NCBI RefSeq assembly: GCF_003918875.1 | Contig: NW_025764892.1 | Coordinates: 2,108,001 to 2,172,000, forward strand | From: Haliotis rubra | Taxonomy: Eukaryota | Length of the DNA: 64,000 bases | Reading direction: 5' to 3' | Part shown: piece after piece, positions 1-13,260 of the stretch | Numbering within the stretch: the stretch's first letter is position 1 | Layout: every line of letters begins with the position of its first letter | Notes under the pieces: generated by a model | What the model was told of the DNA's origin: nothing | What the model saw: the letters and a program-made list of their open reading frames with translations, nothing else | The model's database searches: none | Program-made: the position numbers and the translations under genes

Positions 1-967
1 CGCCTCCGGTTCGATTTACCCTAACTCGTTAAGAGGTACCAGCTGGGGGACGATTCTCTGTTCTTTGTGCCGGTGGTTGACGAGTGCGTGTTCACTTCGG
101 TCGCCCTCGGGGGAGGCTCGGCTTTTCAGGCGCAGCCCCGGCTGCCAAGCAAGGGCGTTTAGTTCCACCGTTTGCCCTTGCGGGCGCCCCTCTGCACTTA
201 TGAGGAAGTCCACCGGAATGCCATGCAGCAGGTGCGGGTGGTGATCCATCAGGCCTACCTTTCCTCTATTCAAAGGTCGGCTCTGGAGGCGGAAGGGAGC
301 ACTTGGGACGTGTCCCCGCATGTTGTTCTGCTTTGCCAATTGTCCGAAGTGCAGGCCCACCTAGCGCGAGACTCTTTGCGGTCTGCCGCGTCTACGGTGA
401 TGTGCGCAGTCATGGGGATGCTCAAGCTGTGGCTGTCTACATCCCGCTACTTGGCAGCGAAACAGCAGACCTTGCTGGCTCTTCCCTTCCGGCTGGGAGC
501 GACGTTGTTTCTGGGGGCTCAACGGGTCATTCGGGAGGCTGCTGCTGCAGCTACCTCCTTCAAGGACTCTAAGGGGCGCAGCCTACGCCCGAGTCTGCCG
601 GCTGGCTTCGGCTGCTGGGCAGGGGTAGGAGGAGCAGCCGTCCCGCCAAAGGTAAGGGCAAGGAGCAGTCCTCTTCGTTTTCGAGGGCTTCCGGGAGCAT
701 GTTCAGGGCCAGGTGGTTCGTCTTCAGTTGGACAACCTTACGGCCATGACGTACATCCTGAAGCAAGGCGGCACGGTGTCCCTAGAGCTCCTTTGGGAGA
801 CGTGGGAATTTCTCCTTGGGATCCTGGCCCCACATGAGTGGATGCTCCACCGGCAGATATTCGGAGTTATCTCCCAGTTGTACGGATCATTCCAGGTGGA
901 TCTGTTTGCGTCCGGCGGGACGAATCAGATACCTGTGCTCTGCTCTCGAATACCGGACTAGAGGGCG

Positions 968-1981
968 TTGGCTTCAGACGCCTTCCTGCTGGATTGGACA
1001 GGCAAAGTGCTCTGGGCGTTCCCGCCGCTACCACTCATTCCCCGGGTCTTCTCCCAGCTGTCCACCCAGCCAGCTCGGCTACTTGTGCTACTGGCACCGC
1101 TATGGCCATCACAAAGCTGGTTTCCAGTAATTCTCAGGTTTCTCGCTCAGCCTCCTGTTCTATTACCTTTGCGACCAGACATTCTCACTCAGAACGGCGC
1201 GCCATACCCCAATCCAAGGATTCAGTGGGTGGCTTGGCCTCTGTCAGGTCTAGCCTCGAAGCACGCGGAATTCCTGCAGCAGTTGCAGACACAATTCTGG
1301 CTTCGAGGTGGGATTCGACAAACGTTCAATATGAGGATAGGTGGTCCCGCTATGCACGCTGGTGTTCAGATAAGGGGATTGCAGATCCCAGTATTGGAGT
1401 TTTTGCAAGCTCATTTGGAAGAAGGCTTGGCGGCTTCAACCATTCGTGGCTACTCCGCCGCTATTGCCACTTTTCACACCCCCGTCGATGGTGCTCTTCT
1501 GGGGCAGCACCCTCTTCTACAGCGCTTTTTAGCTGGCTTGGATCGGGTTCGACCTGCTGTCAGGCGAAACAGCCCACCTTGGGATTTGTCAATCATGCTA
1601 GATTGGCTGTCCGGTCCTATGTTCTCACGTCTATTGGCTATTTCCATTCAGTTGTTAACATGGAAGGCCGTATTTCTGGTGGCGGTAACATCTGGGCGTA
1701 GGGTCGGCGACTTACATGCTATGTCGGCAGACCCAGCGCTGACTGTGTTCCATCCAGATCGTGTCAGTATTCGCCTCCCGGATACTTACTGTCCGAAGAT
1801 CGATCACGCTTTCCATGTGACAGCTCCTATCGAACTTCCTACTCTGTCTGTTACATTCTTCCTAACGATCGCTATTTATGTGTACTTTGACAGAATTCCC
1901 TCCTCCCTGGCCTCCGGGCTTTGGGAGTCAGAGTTAATGCATATATGTACCCCAAGGACGATCTCTATGAAAAAGAATTAG
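968..1981 (+). pseudogene. Frameshift-fused DIRS methyltransferase / tyrosine recombinase remnant
   Basis: ORF track 968..1981 and 838..1701. The recombinase N-terminus (ILASRWDSTNVQYEDRWSRYARWC) lies in a different frame from its core, and the core is truncated after the first catalytic Arg region. Confidence 0.8.
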
Positions 1982-2312
1982 CTAAACCTGTAGAGGTTTC
2001 CAATTCTTTGAAGAGAGTCGTCCTTGGGGTAGGGACGCCCACCTCCCCACAATTCTGTTTACTGATTTATTCAGCAGAAGGAATGATGATACGGGCCTAG
2101 GTGCTTACCTGGTTGGCTGCGCATGCGTAGCAGGGAGGTAACTCCACGTGGTGGGGGCCGTATAATAGATAAAAAAGATTTTCATTTGTTGTAAAATATT
2201 TTTATTAAAACATTGATACAATTGTCACATGACATTTTCAGCGGCAGAAAATGCATATATGTACCCCAAGGACGACTCTCTCCAAAGAATTGGAAACCTC
2301 TACAGGTTTAGC
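1936..2312 (+). repeat. DIRS internal complementary region and right terminal repeat
   Basis: 1981-2031 is the reverse complement of 2262-2312 (51 bp, 1 mismatch). AATGCATATATGTACCCCAAGGACGA is directly repeated at 1936-1961 and 2250-2275. Confidence 0.85.
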
Positions 2313-2928
2313 CAAATTTCTCCACAATGAGACAACTGGGAAAATTAACTTCTGTTTCAGCTTAACTGGTCCAGTTAATTGAGGAGGCAACAAATAAAGG
2401 CTGCTGCATCCAACAAAAATGTCTTGGGGGTCTGATCACACATAACAGAATCAGGAACATTTTGGATGACACCTGGTACATGTCCAACGAAAATGTGATG
2501 TTAGATACTGACGCCAGGCTTCACATGACATGTCCTACACCAGTAGTCATGTGAGCATGATATGGCTGATAACGTCCTTTCACAATGAAGATGGCTTTCA
2601 TTTCACTTTCTCTGCTGTTTCATTCTCTTAACTTTCTGCACCACACCTTTGCTTCATCTCTTCTGCCAGCTGACTCCTTTTGGTCAACTTCTTGAGATGG
2701 TTTCACCGCCATGTTTTCTGTGGTATCATCAGTCAGCTTGCATACATCTTCCAGCCTCTCGGGCACCTGACCTTGGTATGACCTTGGCATGAGAGACCCC
2801 AGATCTATGTCTGCCAGGAGAAAGCAGGTATGAGTACACTATGACCAGTGAACGTTTGCATCTCCTTTACTGAAAACCTCATGTATCCCAATTATTCAGC
2901 TTTGCGAGTCCTCATGATGTTGCATGTG

Positions 2929-5900
2929 TCATACATTGTGTTTCGTGTTCTTCTGTGTCTGCTCTTGTTCCTCCTGGACATGCTTCCTCTTCCTGAGGTT
3001 CTCCTGATCCACGGACCCCATCTGCCCCTGTTCAGTCTGTGTCACATGTGTCCCAGTTTTGGGAATCTGTTCAAGCAAGTCATCACAGGACATCAACTGT
3101 TTGTCCTTAACTTTGTTGGATGAGGATGTTAAATGTCTGTTAACCAAATCTCCATATCTGTAACACGTTACCACTTCAATTATGGCCTCTTGTAAATTTG
3201 GACTGGTGTTGGTGTTGGTGTTGGAGGAACTGAGTGGATTTCCATCTGGTAGACACATCCTAGAAGAAAACAGACGTTATCACAATATTCAGTTTCAAGG
3301 AGGGGATAAAAATACACGATCACAAACCTATACACTGTCAAGTCCCCATTCTCGTTGAATGTACACAATTGCTATTATTTTAATATAAAAGTATAATTAA
3401 AAAAACAAACCAACTAAAAATGAATTCAAAGCACAATAACCTTTTAAGCAAGCTTAGTACATCCACTACCTGCAGAAGGCACTTTCTTGTCATAGTAATT
3501 TCTAATTCTGACAAGAAATCACTGTCAAGTGTTTTGTTCATGAACAGTTGAAAGATTCCCAGTTGTTGTCAGTGGAAATGTCACATGTCACTTATGTACA
3601 GCACGTTGTATATTTCAATCATATACACATCATATTGTGTCCCCCTCTTTATCACAATTACACAAAATGGACTTGACACACAATTCAAGATGAAATGATT
3701 CAGTCTGAGAAAGATACTACTACTATTGTAAATGTTAAAAATAATATGCTCAATGTAATGGACTAGTCATGTATTATGCACCAATATGTTTTAACTGACT
3801 AAAGACATATGCAGAAAAACATGGCTGAAGTGCTGAAAAAATTATTTCTTCAATAGTCAGGTGATCTATACAACCTTGTGGCTCTATTTTCAGTTTGCCA
3901 AAGTGAACTTCAGTATATTGCATTGACAGCAAAAGGTACTATCCAGGTCATAATTCTAAATGTTTTCAATATGTTGTTTGTATCATATATACATATCAAT
4001 TTTAAAATTGTAACACAATTTCTCAAGATTTGACGTGAGTGAGTAAGTTTTACAACACATAATCCAGCAATATCACTGCAGTGGGCTGAGAAATGGGCTT
4101 TACACATTGTACCCATGATAGGAAACGAATTCCTCATCTTCAGCATGACAAGCAAATGCCTCGACCACTGGACTACCCCAATATCCTTCAAGTGGCTTTA
4201 GCTGTGATATATCGTACCTGGAATTCCCAGGCTGATGTTGAGCCCCATTAGTGACAGTAGCTGCCGTCTGTAGTCCTCTGTGACACTCAACTGAACCCTC
4301 TGAAACAACACACTGTGGAATAGGAGGCATGAAGTCTCTTTCACAAAAAGACTAATGTTATTTGTAACAAACACTGAGCCAATTTGCTTATAAAACAGAG
4401 AGTTAAACTTAGTTTTAGGATCAAATGTTACAAAAGATCTTTCAGATTAATGATCTCTTTCTCACAAGAGATTTTTTAAGATAATGGACAGGTTTTCTGA
4501 CCAAGTTTTCTGGCCCATCATCTGATAGTTAATGGATGACAACCAGATCTCTTGAATAACCCTCAATAAAATGTCAGCATTCCGCATACTAATATCTTGC
4601 TATTTTTAGCAGTTGTTGATTGAAGAAGCTCCGTATTTACTTAGCAACTATGAAATCATTGATTTTTAAAGTTATCAAGCTGTAAGAACAGTTTACTGAA
4701 AATGATGTTTGCTTAATGAGACATGTACAGTAAGCATGCAAGCAGTAACAATAAATTCTGATGGAAACGTACAAGGAGGTCCAGGTTGAGGCAGACACCT
4801 GCAACGAAGTACGAACCATGATTGGTTATTGTGATTTTTTCCAGTAACTTTTTTTCACAGCCAAAATTGTGACTTTTTTCCTTAAACTTTCTTTCCGATC
4901 ACCGCTCAAAAGTTGCTTGATCTGGTTACAACATAAAGGCATGGTATGCATGTTGAGGAAATTACCTAATTTGATGCAGCAGTGACAGAAATTATACCTC
5001 ATACAATATGCTACTTTCAGCGAATTGATGTTCCCATGATTTTTTTCAGGTGAAAAATTGGCTCACCTTTGTATGTGTTTGTGGTGGTTCCACCCATAGA
5101 CCAGGATACGCTCACCTTTATTCCATTTTTGTGAGCTCCTGATACCTTCATTTTTTATATTGATTCATAAAAACATGCTCATGATAAAGTTGAAATTCTA
5201 GCTGAAATTTTTATGATAATGTAAAGGTTTTCTGTGGATGTTATTAAATTGTAAATCTGTGACCTCCGTAACACCTCACCTTGAGGGTGACCTGCATGAT
5301 CTGGGTAATCATCTATTGGTTCCTCCTTGACCTCAACCAGATCAAATTCCTTATCATGAGGCTCTGAAATAAGATCACTTTCCTCACAAGTGTCTGTTGT
5401 TTCTCCATCATATTCGTCCTCCTCATCATCATCGTCATCATCATCATCATCAGGATTGATGATAACCACAAAATCATCTACAGGTTCCTCTTTCACCTCG
5501 AGCTGCTTCTCCACAAGTACCTGATGCTTTCCAGAACCACTCTCCCTTCCAACATGGTGTAGATTCCCCTGAATAACACCACCCTTATCTGGATGGTCAT
5601 GTGGATTATCCCTGGTCAGTGAGGTTCTTTGGCCAGTCTGGACTGAAACAGGATTCTGAACTCTAGAACTGTCCAGGGAACTATTACTTAGCACCTGACA
5701 ACCAATCTCATTGTTCATGTGTTTCGGGGGTACTTCACCTAAAATGTACCCATTCGATACCTGGTTCATAAATGCAGGCTGTTGACTGATCTTCGGATCA
5801 GAGGTTGTAGTTTGTGGTTTGTTTACAAAGGGTGAGTGCTCGAGAACATTTTGTTGATAAGAGTTCACGCTTGGCTGTGAGCCGACAAGGACTGGTATTT

Positions 5901-8900
5901 GTTGCTGATGTTGCTGCTGTTGCTGATGTTGCTGACTGTTACCCGTTCCAGATTTCTGCCTGTCCCTGCCAAGTGTCACATAAACCTGGCCTGGTTCAAA
6001 GAAAAGTTCAAAAGATTTTACTGTCAACTGTATAGCACAGGTGGGTATATTTGAAATGTTAACTATAAACTGTATATTTATATACTTATCTTATCTAACT
6101 TTGTAAACATATTGGTAGCTGGGACACATTGATGGTTTGGTTATTCAAAAGGCATAATATTTTAATTAATAATGCATTGATTACTAATGTGATATACATG
6201 AAGTTAATCAATTTTCCAAAGTTGAAGATTGTGGTCATGTTAAGATTGAGTCTTTCTATTCTATGAATTTTCTTGGAAGATTTCAGGGTGAAGTGGGTGA
6301 ATGAGTACAACTGCTGAAATACCTAGGAACATGAATGAGACGAACTGGGATTTGAACCCATAATCATTGGTTTCTGGTGTGCCCAAGAAATGCAAATCTA
6401 CACAGCTGCTGGATCACACTAAAGAAAGATAAAGGGGGTAAAATCATGGAACCAGGTAATAAACCAAGACAATAGTCTCCTTGTGTTATGGTTTTTAGGC
6501 ACATACGAACATCTATTGTTGTCTCCATTATTGCATGAACAGTTGCAAAACATGTCACTAACTTTATCCAAAACACAAGCCGTCATTCAAGAATTTATAA
6601 TGTCTCTGTGATGCAACACCCCTATAAACTGAGTGATTACTTCCGTTAAAAAATGTATGAGCCAATGATAATATAACGATTATGGGAATAAAACACATAA
6701 AAACGGAAATGACTTGGTTATTTTTATTTGAACCTGGGCCTGAGATACTGAGAAGGTGACTTATACCATCATTTACTTACTTCATTTCTTTGCCACTATA
6801 CAAATTAATAGAGTGCTAGATAAATATTCTGAACTCATGGTAGGCTTACCGTTCTGATTGACAACTTTGATATTTCGGCTACTCAGGGATTCCCTTGAGC
6901 TGACTTCATCCTGACGGGAATCATAATTACTATGCAGATCCTCAACTCTGCTTATTATGCCTGTTTTCAGCTCTCTGAAACATTATTTTTACTAATGTTT
7001 TATGTTTCATCATGAAATGAGAATGACAGTACATTACAAAAAGCATTACTGATCTACATAAAAGTTCAAACCAATTCTTTTCACTCCTGCAAAATAATTA
7101 ATTTCCCAGCATGATACATGCAGATTTACCATGAAATATATGTTTTGTTTTTATGGGATATTTTTCATTGAAGAAATTGAAGTAATTTTCTAACTGCATC
7201 CAAAGAGTTATGTCTTTTCTGCAACATATCGATTCCACGACAACCACAAACCTGCGAACTGGTTAACTTGCTCAAGCCTGATAAACCACTTTCTCCCAGA
7301 AAATGCTCAGATATTATAAATACAATTGTTTTTTTATAAATCTTAAAGTCACTATGTCACACATTTTTGACAATATATTCACCTATATTATATATATTGG
7401 GGCATATGCACTCACTTTAGCTTCCTATTGATGCAATAAAAGACTTATTATCCCTTAAAACTTGCCTGAAATCGATAATTGAAATTTCGAGGCGAACAGC
7501 TTCCATACAGAGAACACTTGCCATATATAGAATGAAAACAATTGCTTCGTACATAAAAAACTGTTGCACACGGTGTTGTTGGTTTCCGATTGTTTTTACT
7601 TATTCAGTTACAGTGTTGGAGGCTACACACGCACACAAACAACCATTTCTGCCAGTAAAATATTCCTATATTCCAAGAACCTGTGTTACGATGAAAGATA
7701 TGAAACATTAGACTTCTATTGATAAGATTGATGTAGAAAATTGAAACTACAAATGCTTGTGTTAGTAATATTTCCATAGAACAGCAAGTGTAATATACGC
7801 TGAATACATCTCACATTTCTGTTATCATGTTTACAGATTTTATGACTGTGTTCAGAAGCTGGAATGATTAGTAGTGGTTGTAACAATAAGTTTGTTAACT
7901 TTGACATAAATATGTGAGAGGGCAACGATGTCTTGTTGCTTAAGAATTTTGTCAATTTTGAGTAATCTGTCACAAGTTCAGGGCTCCAAATCATTATATT
8001 AGAATCTCGTACATTTTCCCTCTCCGTATCCTTACCCTACACAATTGTACCAATACCAAACAAAAAGCAATCTACATTCATTTATTGAGTTTCAGTAGAT
8101 GTAAGAATAAAAACAAAACAAAAATGTATTTGTTTCATGAGAATATTTATTAAGTGACATATTATTGTGAAACAACATAACATGCAATCAACAAAACAAT
8201 TCAGTGTACCAGTAAGGCCATAACAATTATCTTTCTCATCAACATTACATCTAATCATAGAAATTGTTTCACAATCATAAACATTGCCTTAGAATGTTTT
8301 CCTGCAATCCTTGTCAAATTAGAATTGTTCATCAATTTCATCTACGACTGTGTCACATATCTGTTTTACATGTTTGGTAAAGAAACCCTAAAAATTCATG
8401 AAAATGATGTCAGGCAATGTTTATTTACAAAATATACACTAAAAATTATATAGGAAAAAGAAACCCACATTTTCATGGCCATAAATTTGTTTTTTACAGG
8501 AATCAAGTTCATGTTCTGGGGGACAATGAGGGAGGAAGGGGAGAGGTGGGCGTGGGAGAGGTAGGCGTGGGAGAGGTGGGCGTGGCTAGACTCGAAGAGA
8601 GACAGTGGGGCAGACATGACATCCAGCACTAGACTTTCAGGGACTAGTGCTAATTTCAAACTCTGCAAAACATTTCTTATATGGCAAATGAGATATTGTA
8701 ACAGAATAAATAAGTAAATCATTAGAGCCTATATTGAACAAGAACTTTATCTCTTGTATAAACTTGTCAGTGGCTGACAGCCATCGAGAAGAATGAAGAG
8801 GTTGAGGGAGAGATCGTGGCCGAGGGAGGGATGGTTTGCATGAGTATGCTGTACAGCACATCTCAGCCCTGCGAGAACAGAGATTGGACCGAATTTCAAT

Positions 8901-11900
8901 GAGGGTTTACATGAGCTTAAACAAAATATAACATTGCTACAGACAGATTTGCTTGCAGCAAGTGGATCATTTCAACATTGCTATGCAACAAGTATTTGTA
9001 CATTGATCTACATATTTATACAAGTATAGTTACACATAATATACTCATCCAAAAAAGTTAATGACCACCCCAATATTCAATATTTAAGTATTATATGGAT
9101 CATAATATGATCTATTTTAAAAATACTTTAATATTGGAAATTGGGGTGGTCCTTCACTTTTTTTTGTTGAGTATAAGATGTTGTAATAATTTGACCCAGC
9201 AATAGCACATGCTTGCCAGTGTCTTTTACAGAAAATATATGAGATAAACTCTAAGATTCAAAGTTTTAAAACTCAGAATACAAAAGGCTAAAATTCAATT
9301 TAGAAATTTGATTATAGTGAGCAACTAGGGAAAATTATTTATCAACATGAAATTTTTCGTGTGAAACCAAATTGGAAGTGAGAAATACAGGGAGAGGGAA
9401 TCCATCATCATATTGAAAGCATATATAATCCAAGACTGCAAATGAAATAAACACTTGTACCATAACCAAAATCTTTTGAGACAATACGCTTTGTTCAGTC
9501 ACCATATATGCTGTGAGTTTGAGGTGTAATTTGAAAATGACGTCACTTAGTGACCAATTGTCACCATGAATGAGCCAATATAGATAAAACATCTCTTGAG
9601 TTTCTATCAATGAAGATAACCTATTTATATCTGTGCCGAAATATTTAGCAAATTAATATTCATACATACCCATTAAAGTGATCTGTCGATATACTTGACA
9701 CCTCAGACTTTCCTACCTCCATGTCATCAGGTCTCTTTCTCATTGGTGCTGATTGGGAATCGGATGCATTCATTCTCACGAATGCATCATTCCTGTCAAA
9801 AAAGGATATGATAAATTACCTTGAATTTACCTTGACTAATTTGTTCTTCATAATGACATTAAAAATCACAAACAAAAAGATTACAAAGCTTGACTGACTG
9901 AGCTATAACATGTTAGAATATAACTGGGAGTCACATCTGACAGTACTTTGGCAACAAAAGCAAAATAATATATATCTAATTACATAAAAGTAATAAAATA
10001 TAGGATAAGATTTCTTAAAATGCCAAGTATCAGATTCCCCAAAAATGTTACAACATGATGATGCTTTACGATGATAGAGGTAAAAATAACTGGGCCTCTA
10101 TTGGGCCTATATTAAGAACAGCACTATCCCGTTTCAAATGTAGTTCTCATGATCTTCTAACAGAAAAAAAGTAGATATTTAGGGATATCATGGGAAAACC
10201 AATTGTATCAATATTGTACTTATCAGGAGGTAGAATATGAATACCATTTCTTGCTTCTCTGTCCGTTGTATGTGAATATCAGAAAAGAATACATGAACTT
10301 AAGAATATACAACTTACAAGCGAGTCTGGCAATTCTGCGCAGCTGCAATAGCATACTTCCGTATCGAAGGTAAACATCGTCTGCTATCACATTTATGCTG
10401 GAAATCGGGACATTTCTACAAGGGACTGGCTTTTAATCACTAAAGGTAAGTAAATAACAGTAACTGACAGATAAATTTACAGTTTTATGAAAATTCTTTT
10501 TCTTCAGACTCTTAAACCTTTTTCTTCATTATTCATAATTGGATTTAATATGAAACACTCTTCCTTACATTGATGAAGTGATTTTTGAAAATAATTTGGC
10601 CCTAATACGCTTCCATACTTCGGATCTCCAGCTGGATGTTATGCACATCAGTTGCTGCGCAGAATTACCGGACAGCATACAATGTCGTCAGAACGCCGGT
10701 AAGGTCAACCGTATGGCATAATGCAACGTTAGAATCTCATAGCCGTCAATAAAATTTATATTTCTAGGTAAATATGATGCATACTAACATGTTTAGTCAC
10801 GTAAACCACAAAAAATAAGAGACGTTAGTTGCTGTGTTGCGATTGATGTGCTTAGGTGCGCGGAATTACCGGACGGCATTGTATCTATCTGAACCCCCGA
10901 ATAGAATCCCAATATGAAAGTCACAAAATATCTTGCAATGTATATATACCATGCAATGAATATCAGATCCTCTGCATTACAGATGTGATATTATTTACGA
11001 TATATTCATTTCTATTGCACCCTGTGATATGGCCTTTTCAATACTGTAAATAAAGATTAATGGAACAATATTATTAAAAAAAAATGCTTTATTCAACAGA
11101 AATAATTTGCCTCAAAGGTGGAATATTGTAAACTTGATTGGGGAGTACTGCACTTTACCGGGCGCACTTTTTCTGATTACTTAGCGCTGCTGGGGTTCCC
11201 TAGGAAATCATGCTCACCTGTCTAAGAGCAACAAGGCAAACTGCTCGTCTGTCATGGTGCCCCTCTGCTCCTTCCAACGATCCATGGCCGTTTTAATGTA
11301 CACCATCTGTTGCCGACGCCCTTTCTGCGCAGCATTTCTTCTTTCTCTCATATCATTTGGCGAGAATAAAACAGGCCTGCCTCTACCTTGTTTGTAAACA
11401 TTCGCCGCCATTTTGTCTAGGACAAAGGAGTTACAGGATATTTGTAAAGAGCGCTCCAAGGGACGTAACTCTATGGGGGTCGCTTGAAATAATGTTCAGC
11501 CGATATAGAACGCGAGTAGATTCACTCGGAACTTTTTAATTTAATATTGTAATATAAATACGTAATTTGTTTAGGAATAAACTATATGGTAGCTTCCCTG
11601 AGGGCTGATAGTTAGTATTATTGAGAGAAATGCATTATATATTTATTTTAGAGAAGCGTGGTGTGATGCACTTTAAGAAGGTGATCAGCAAATTCAACGT
11701 TGTTATCTTTTCGAATAGCTTTCAGCGCCGACCATTGTTCAAAGCAATTTCCAAGATGGATTCGAGTTTTTTTCTCGTCGCTTAGGTTGTCTGCATGTTT
11801 CATTGCTCGATTGTGCTCATCGGAAACCCTTCTTCCTTTTTTCTTTTAGGGGAGCGTTAACGAATTAACTACATAAAAGATAAAGGATAAAAGACGCAAA

Positions 11901-13260
11901 GTCTACATAGCCCATAATTAGTCATTTCAGGTGAGATAATCTCCCTGAGACAAACACCGGCAAAGTTCGGAAAAGACATACAATAAGGGATAAAACTAAA
12001 ATTAACTTAGGTGATGATTTTGTTTGTTCTTCACGTCCACTGTAACTTACCTTTTATAAGAACATTTTACACCTTAAGTATCTATCATTTTTCAGTTAGA
12101 CTATGCATTCTGTTTATTCTTGAAAAAGTGGAAAATAGCCTTGAAGTTAGTTCCCCTCTTCTATATATTAGCTTCATGGATTCATCTTTGAAAATACACT
12201 GAAATACAGCGGTCTGTTTTCTGAATGTATACACAAAATATGAAAAGTTGATGCCATGCAGAGCTACAGATAACTTTTTTGGGTCATTGAGTTATGTACC
12301 CGCTTGTCTTCATCTCAATTGGGTATCCTAATTTTCCTTTGAGTAACCAAACAAATTGTACTCACCTTACTCAAAATCAATTGGGTATTTTGCCTTTTTC
12401 CATTAATTGTTAAAATATAATAAAGTTTAAATGTTAGTGTTTGTTATTTATATTTGAATTGTAATATGAGAAACGATATGAAAGACTGCTAGTTGAGTGT
12501 TCATGTGCCGAAATAGAACCTCTAAATATACCTGTTCCTTTATCTATCCACTGGTACGCAAGCTAAGATTTGACAGTTTTCTGTGTACGCATGTACAATC
12601 AAATTTATTGAGCATTTACAAAAATACAAGCGTACTTGAACGCAACAGACGTAATAGGAATTGAGTTTTCACATAAATATTTGCGTAATTTACGCAGATA
12701 CGCAGCTTATCTATACCTCTGGCCATGTCTACAATGGTATACATAGATTTGGCGTTTTAATGCAATCTTTAGCTGATCATGACTATGATGTTAAAATGAT
12801 AAATCAAAGCTCAGACAGTCTCCAAACTTGAGGTAGTCTGCCCAGTTGATAATACATCTTCATACAGATAATTCATGGTGTATGATTTGTTCGATCCCGA
12901 CAGCAGTTTGGAACATAACAAATCCAACAAGTGTTTTGACATGTTCCCCGAATGTGTTCTTCTTGTCATTTTACGAGCGCTTTAGTTAACATGACCGCTC
13001 CTTGTGTTGAGTACACAGGAACGTGTTTTCAAACATGTAACAAACACAATGTCAAAAACGCACCTGCACGATTTGCAGTAGTGTTCGTGTACTTTGAGTA
13101 AATGGTCTGCCAGTTCGACGTTGTTATCTTTTCGGAGACTTTTCAGTTCTGCCCATTGCGGGAAGCAAGTTCCAAGATGAATTCTCGTCATTTCTCTTCG
13201 CTTGTTTTCAGCCCGTTTCCGTTCCCGCTTGTGTTCTTCCGACACCCTTCTCCTGCCCAT
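2929..13260 (-). CDS. Uncharacterised nuclear protein with a ZNF692/ZNF653-like N-terminal module, polyQ and acidic VKEEP region; two alternative first exons
   Basis: Exons, all GT-AG and phase-consistent: 13064-13260 (exon 1a) or 11218-11411 (exon 1b), then 9670-9792, 6850-6974, 5280-5990, 4218-4299, 2929-3259. The joined ORF is 1569 or 1566 nt (522 or 521 aa) and stays open across every junction. Confidence 0.75.
4036..4180 (-). mobile_element. tRNA-derived SINE family 1 (diverged)
   Basis: Matches the family consensus GGGGTAGCCTAGTGGTTAAAGCGTTCGCTCGTCACGCCGAAGACCCGGGTTCGATTCCCCACATGGGTAC...GCTGGAATATTGCT...(ACTC)n. Confidence 0.7.
5280..5990 (-). CDS. Large internal exon: polyQ, two VKEEP (SUMO consensus) motifs, poly-Asp tract
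   Basis: ORF 5179..6027, acceptor TTTGAACCAG|G, donor CAAG|GTGAGG, phase 1-1. Confidence 0.8.
8539..8585. repeat. 15-bp tandem repeat (GGGAGAGGTRGGCGT)x3
   Basis: Direct reading of the sequence. Confidence 0.8.
9042..9173. mobile_element. Tc1/mariner-type MITE
   Basis: Imperfect TIRs TACTCATCCAAAAAAGTTAATGACCACCCC / GGGGTGGTCCTTCACTTTTTTTTGTTGAGTA, flanked by TA. Confidence 0.7.
10110..10320 (+). mobile_element. Decayed 3' fragment of a CR1/L2-like LINE ORF2
   Basis: Translates to RTALSRFKCSSHDLL...ENQLYQYCTYQEVEYEYHFLLLCPLYVNIRKEY, the typical C-terminal Cys/His motif. Confidence 0.65.
11218..11411 (-). CDS. Candidate first exon 1b (MAANVYKQGRGRP...VYIKTAMDRWKEQRGTMTDEQFALLLLDR)
   Basis: ATG in CAAAATGGCGGC context (Kozak/YY1-like), donor AG|GTGAG in phase 2, AT-hook-like GRGRP, same domain pattern as exon 1a. 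Confidence 0.7.
12259..12721 (+). mobile_element. MITE with CAG...CTG termini (hAT-like), copy 1
   Basis: TIR CAGAGCTACAGATAA / TTATCTATACCTCTG, flanked by GCCATG on both sides. A second copy is at 14538-14977. Confidence 0.65.
13064..13260 (-). CDS. Candidate first exon 1a (MGRRRVSEEHKRERKRAENKRREMTRIHLGTCFPQWAELK...LADHLL)
   Basis: ATG at 13260, donor AG|GTGCG in phase 2. The peptide matches the pattern R-rich / RI.LG....W..LK....LA.hLL that I recall from ZNF692/ZNF653 N-termini. Confidence 0.65.

Larger units (their letters stand above)
1..2322 (+). mobile_element. DIRS1-type tyrosine-recombinase retrotransposon, 3' part, internally deleted and frameshifted (probably non-autonomous)
   Basis: GC-rich block with overlapping ORFs: gag-like remnant (172-~600), RNase H fragment VRLQLDNLTAMTYILKQGGT, Dam-like methyltransferase motifs (VDLFAS..N, DAFLLDW..LWAFPP, LAPLWPSQSWF) and tyrosine recombinase (STIRGYSAAI, PPWDL, KAVFLVAVTSGRRVGDL). 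No RT core (YxDD) and no recombinase H-x-x-R/Y C-terminus seen. The terminal inverted/complementary repeat structure is at 1936-2312. Confidence 0.9.

Noticed and set aside
16-837. Independent host genes from ORFs 16..360, 303..572 and 569..766
   Set aside because: Alternative frames of the GC-rich DIRS element.
8396-8870. Extra exon(s) of the minus-strand gene
   Set aside because: An acceptor at ~8868 gives an in-frame read to a stop at 8637, but the peptide is low-complexity and uninformative. It is at most an unsupported alternative terminal exon.
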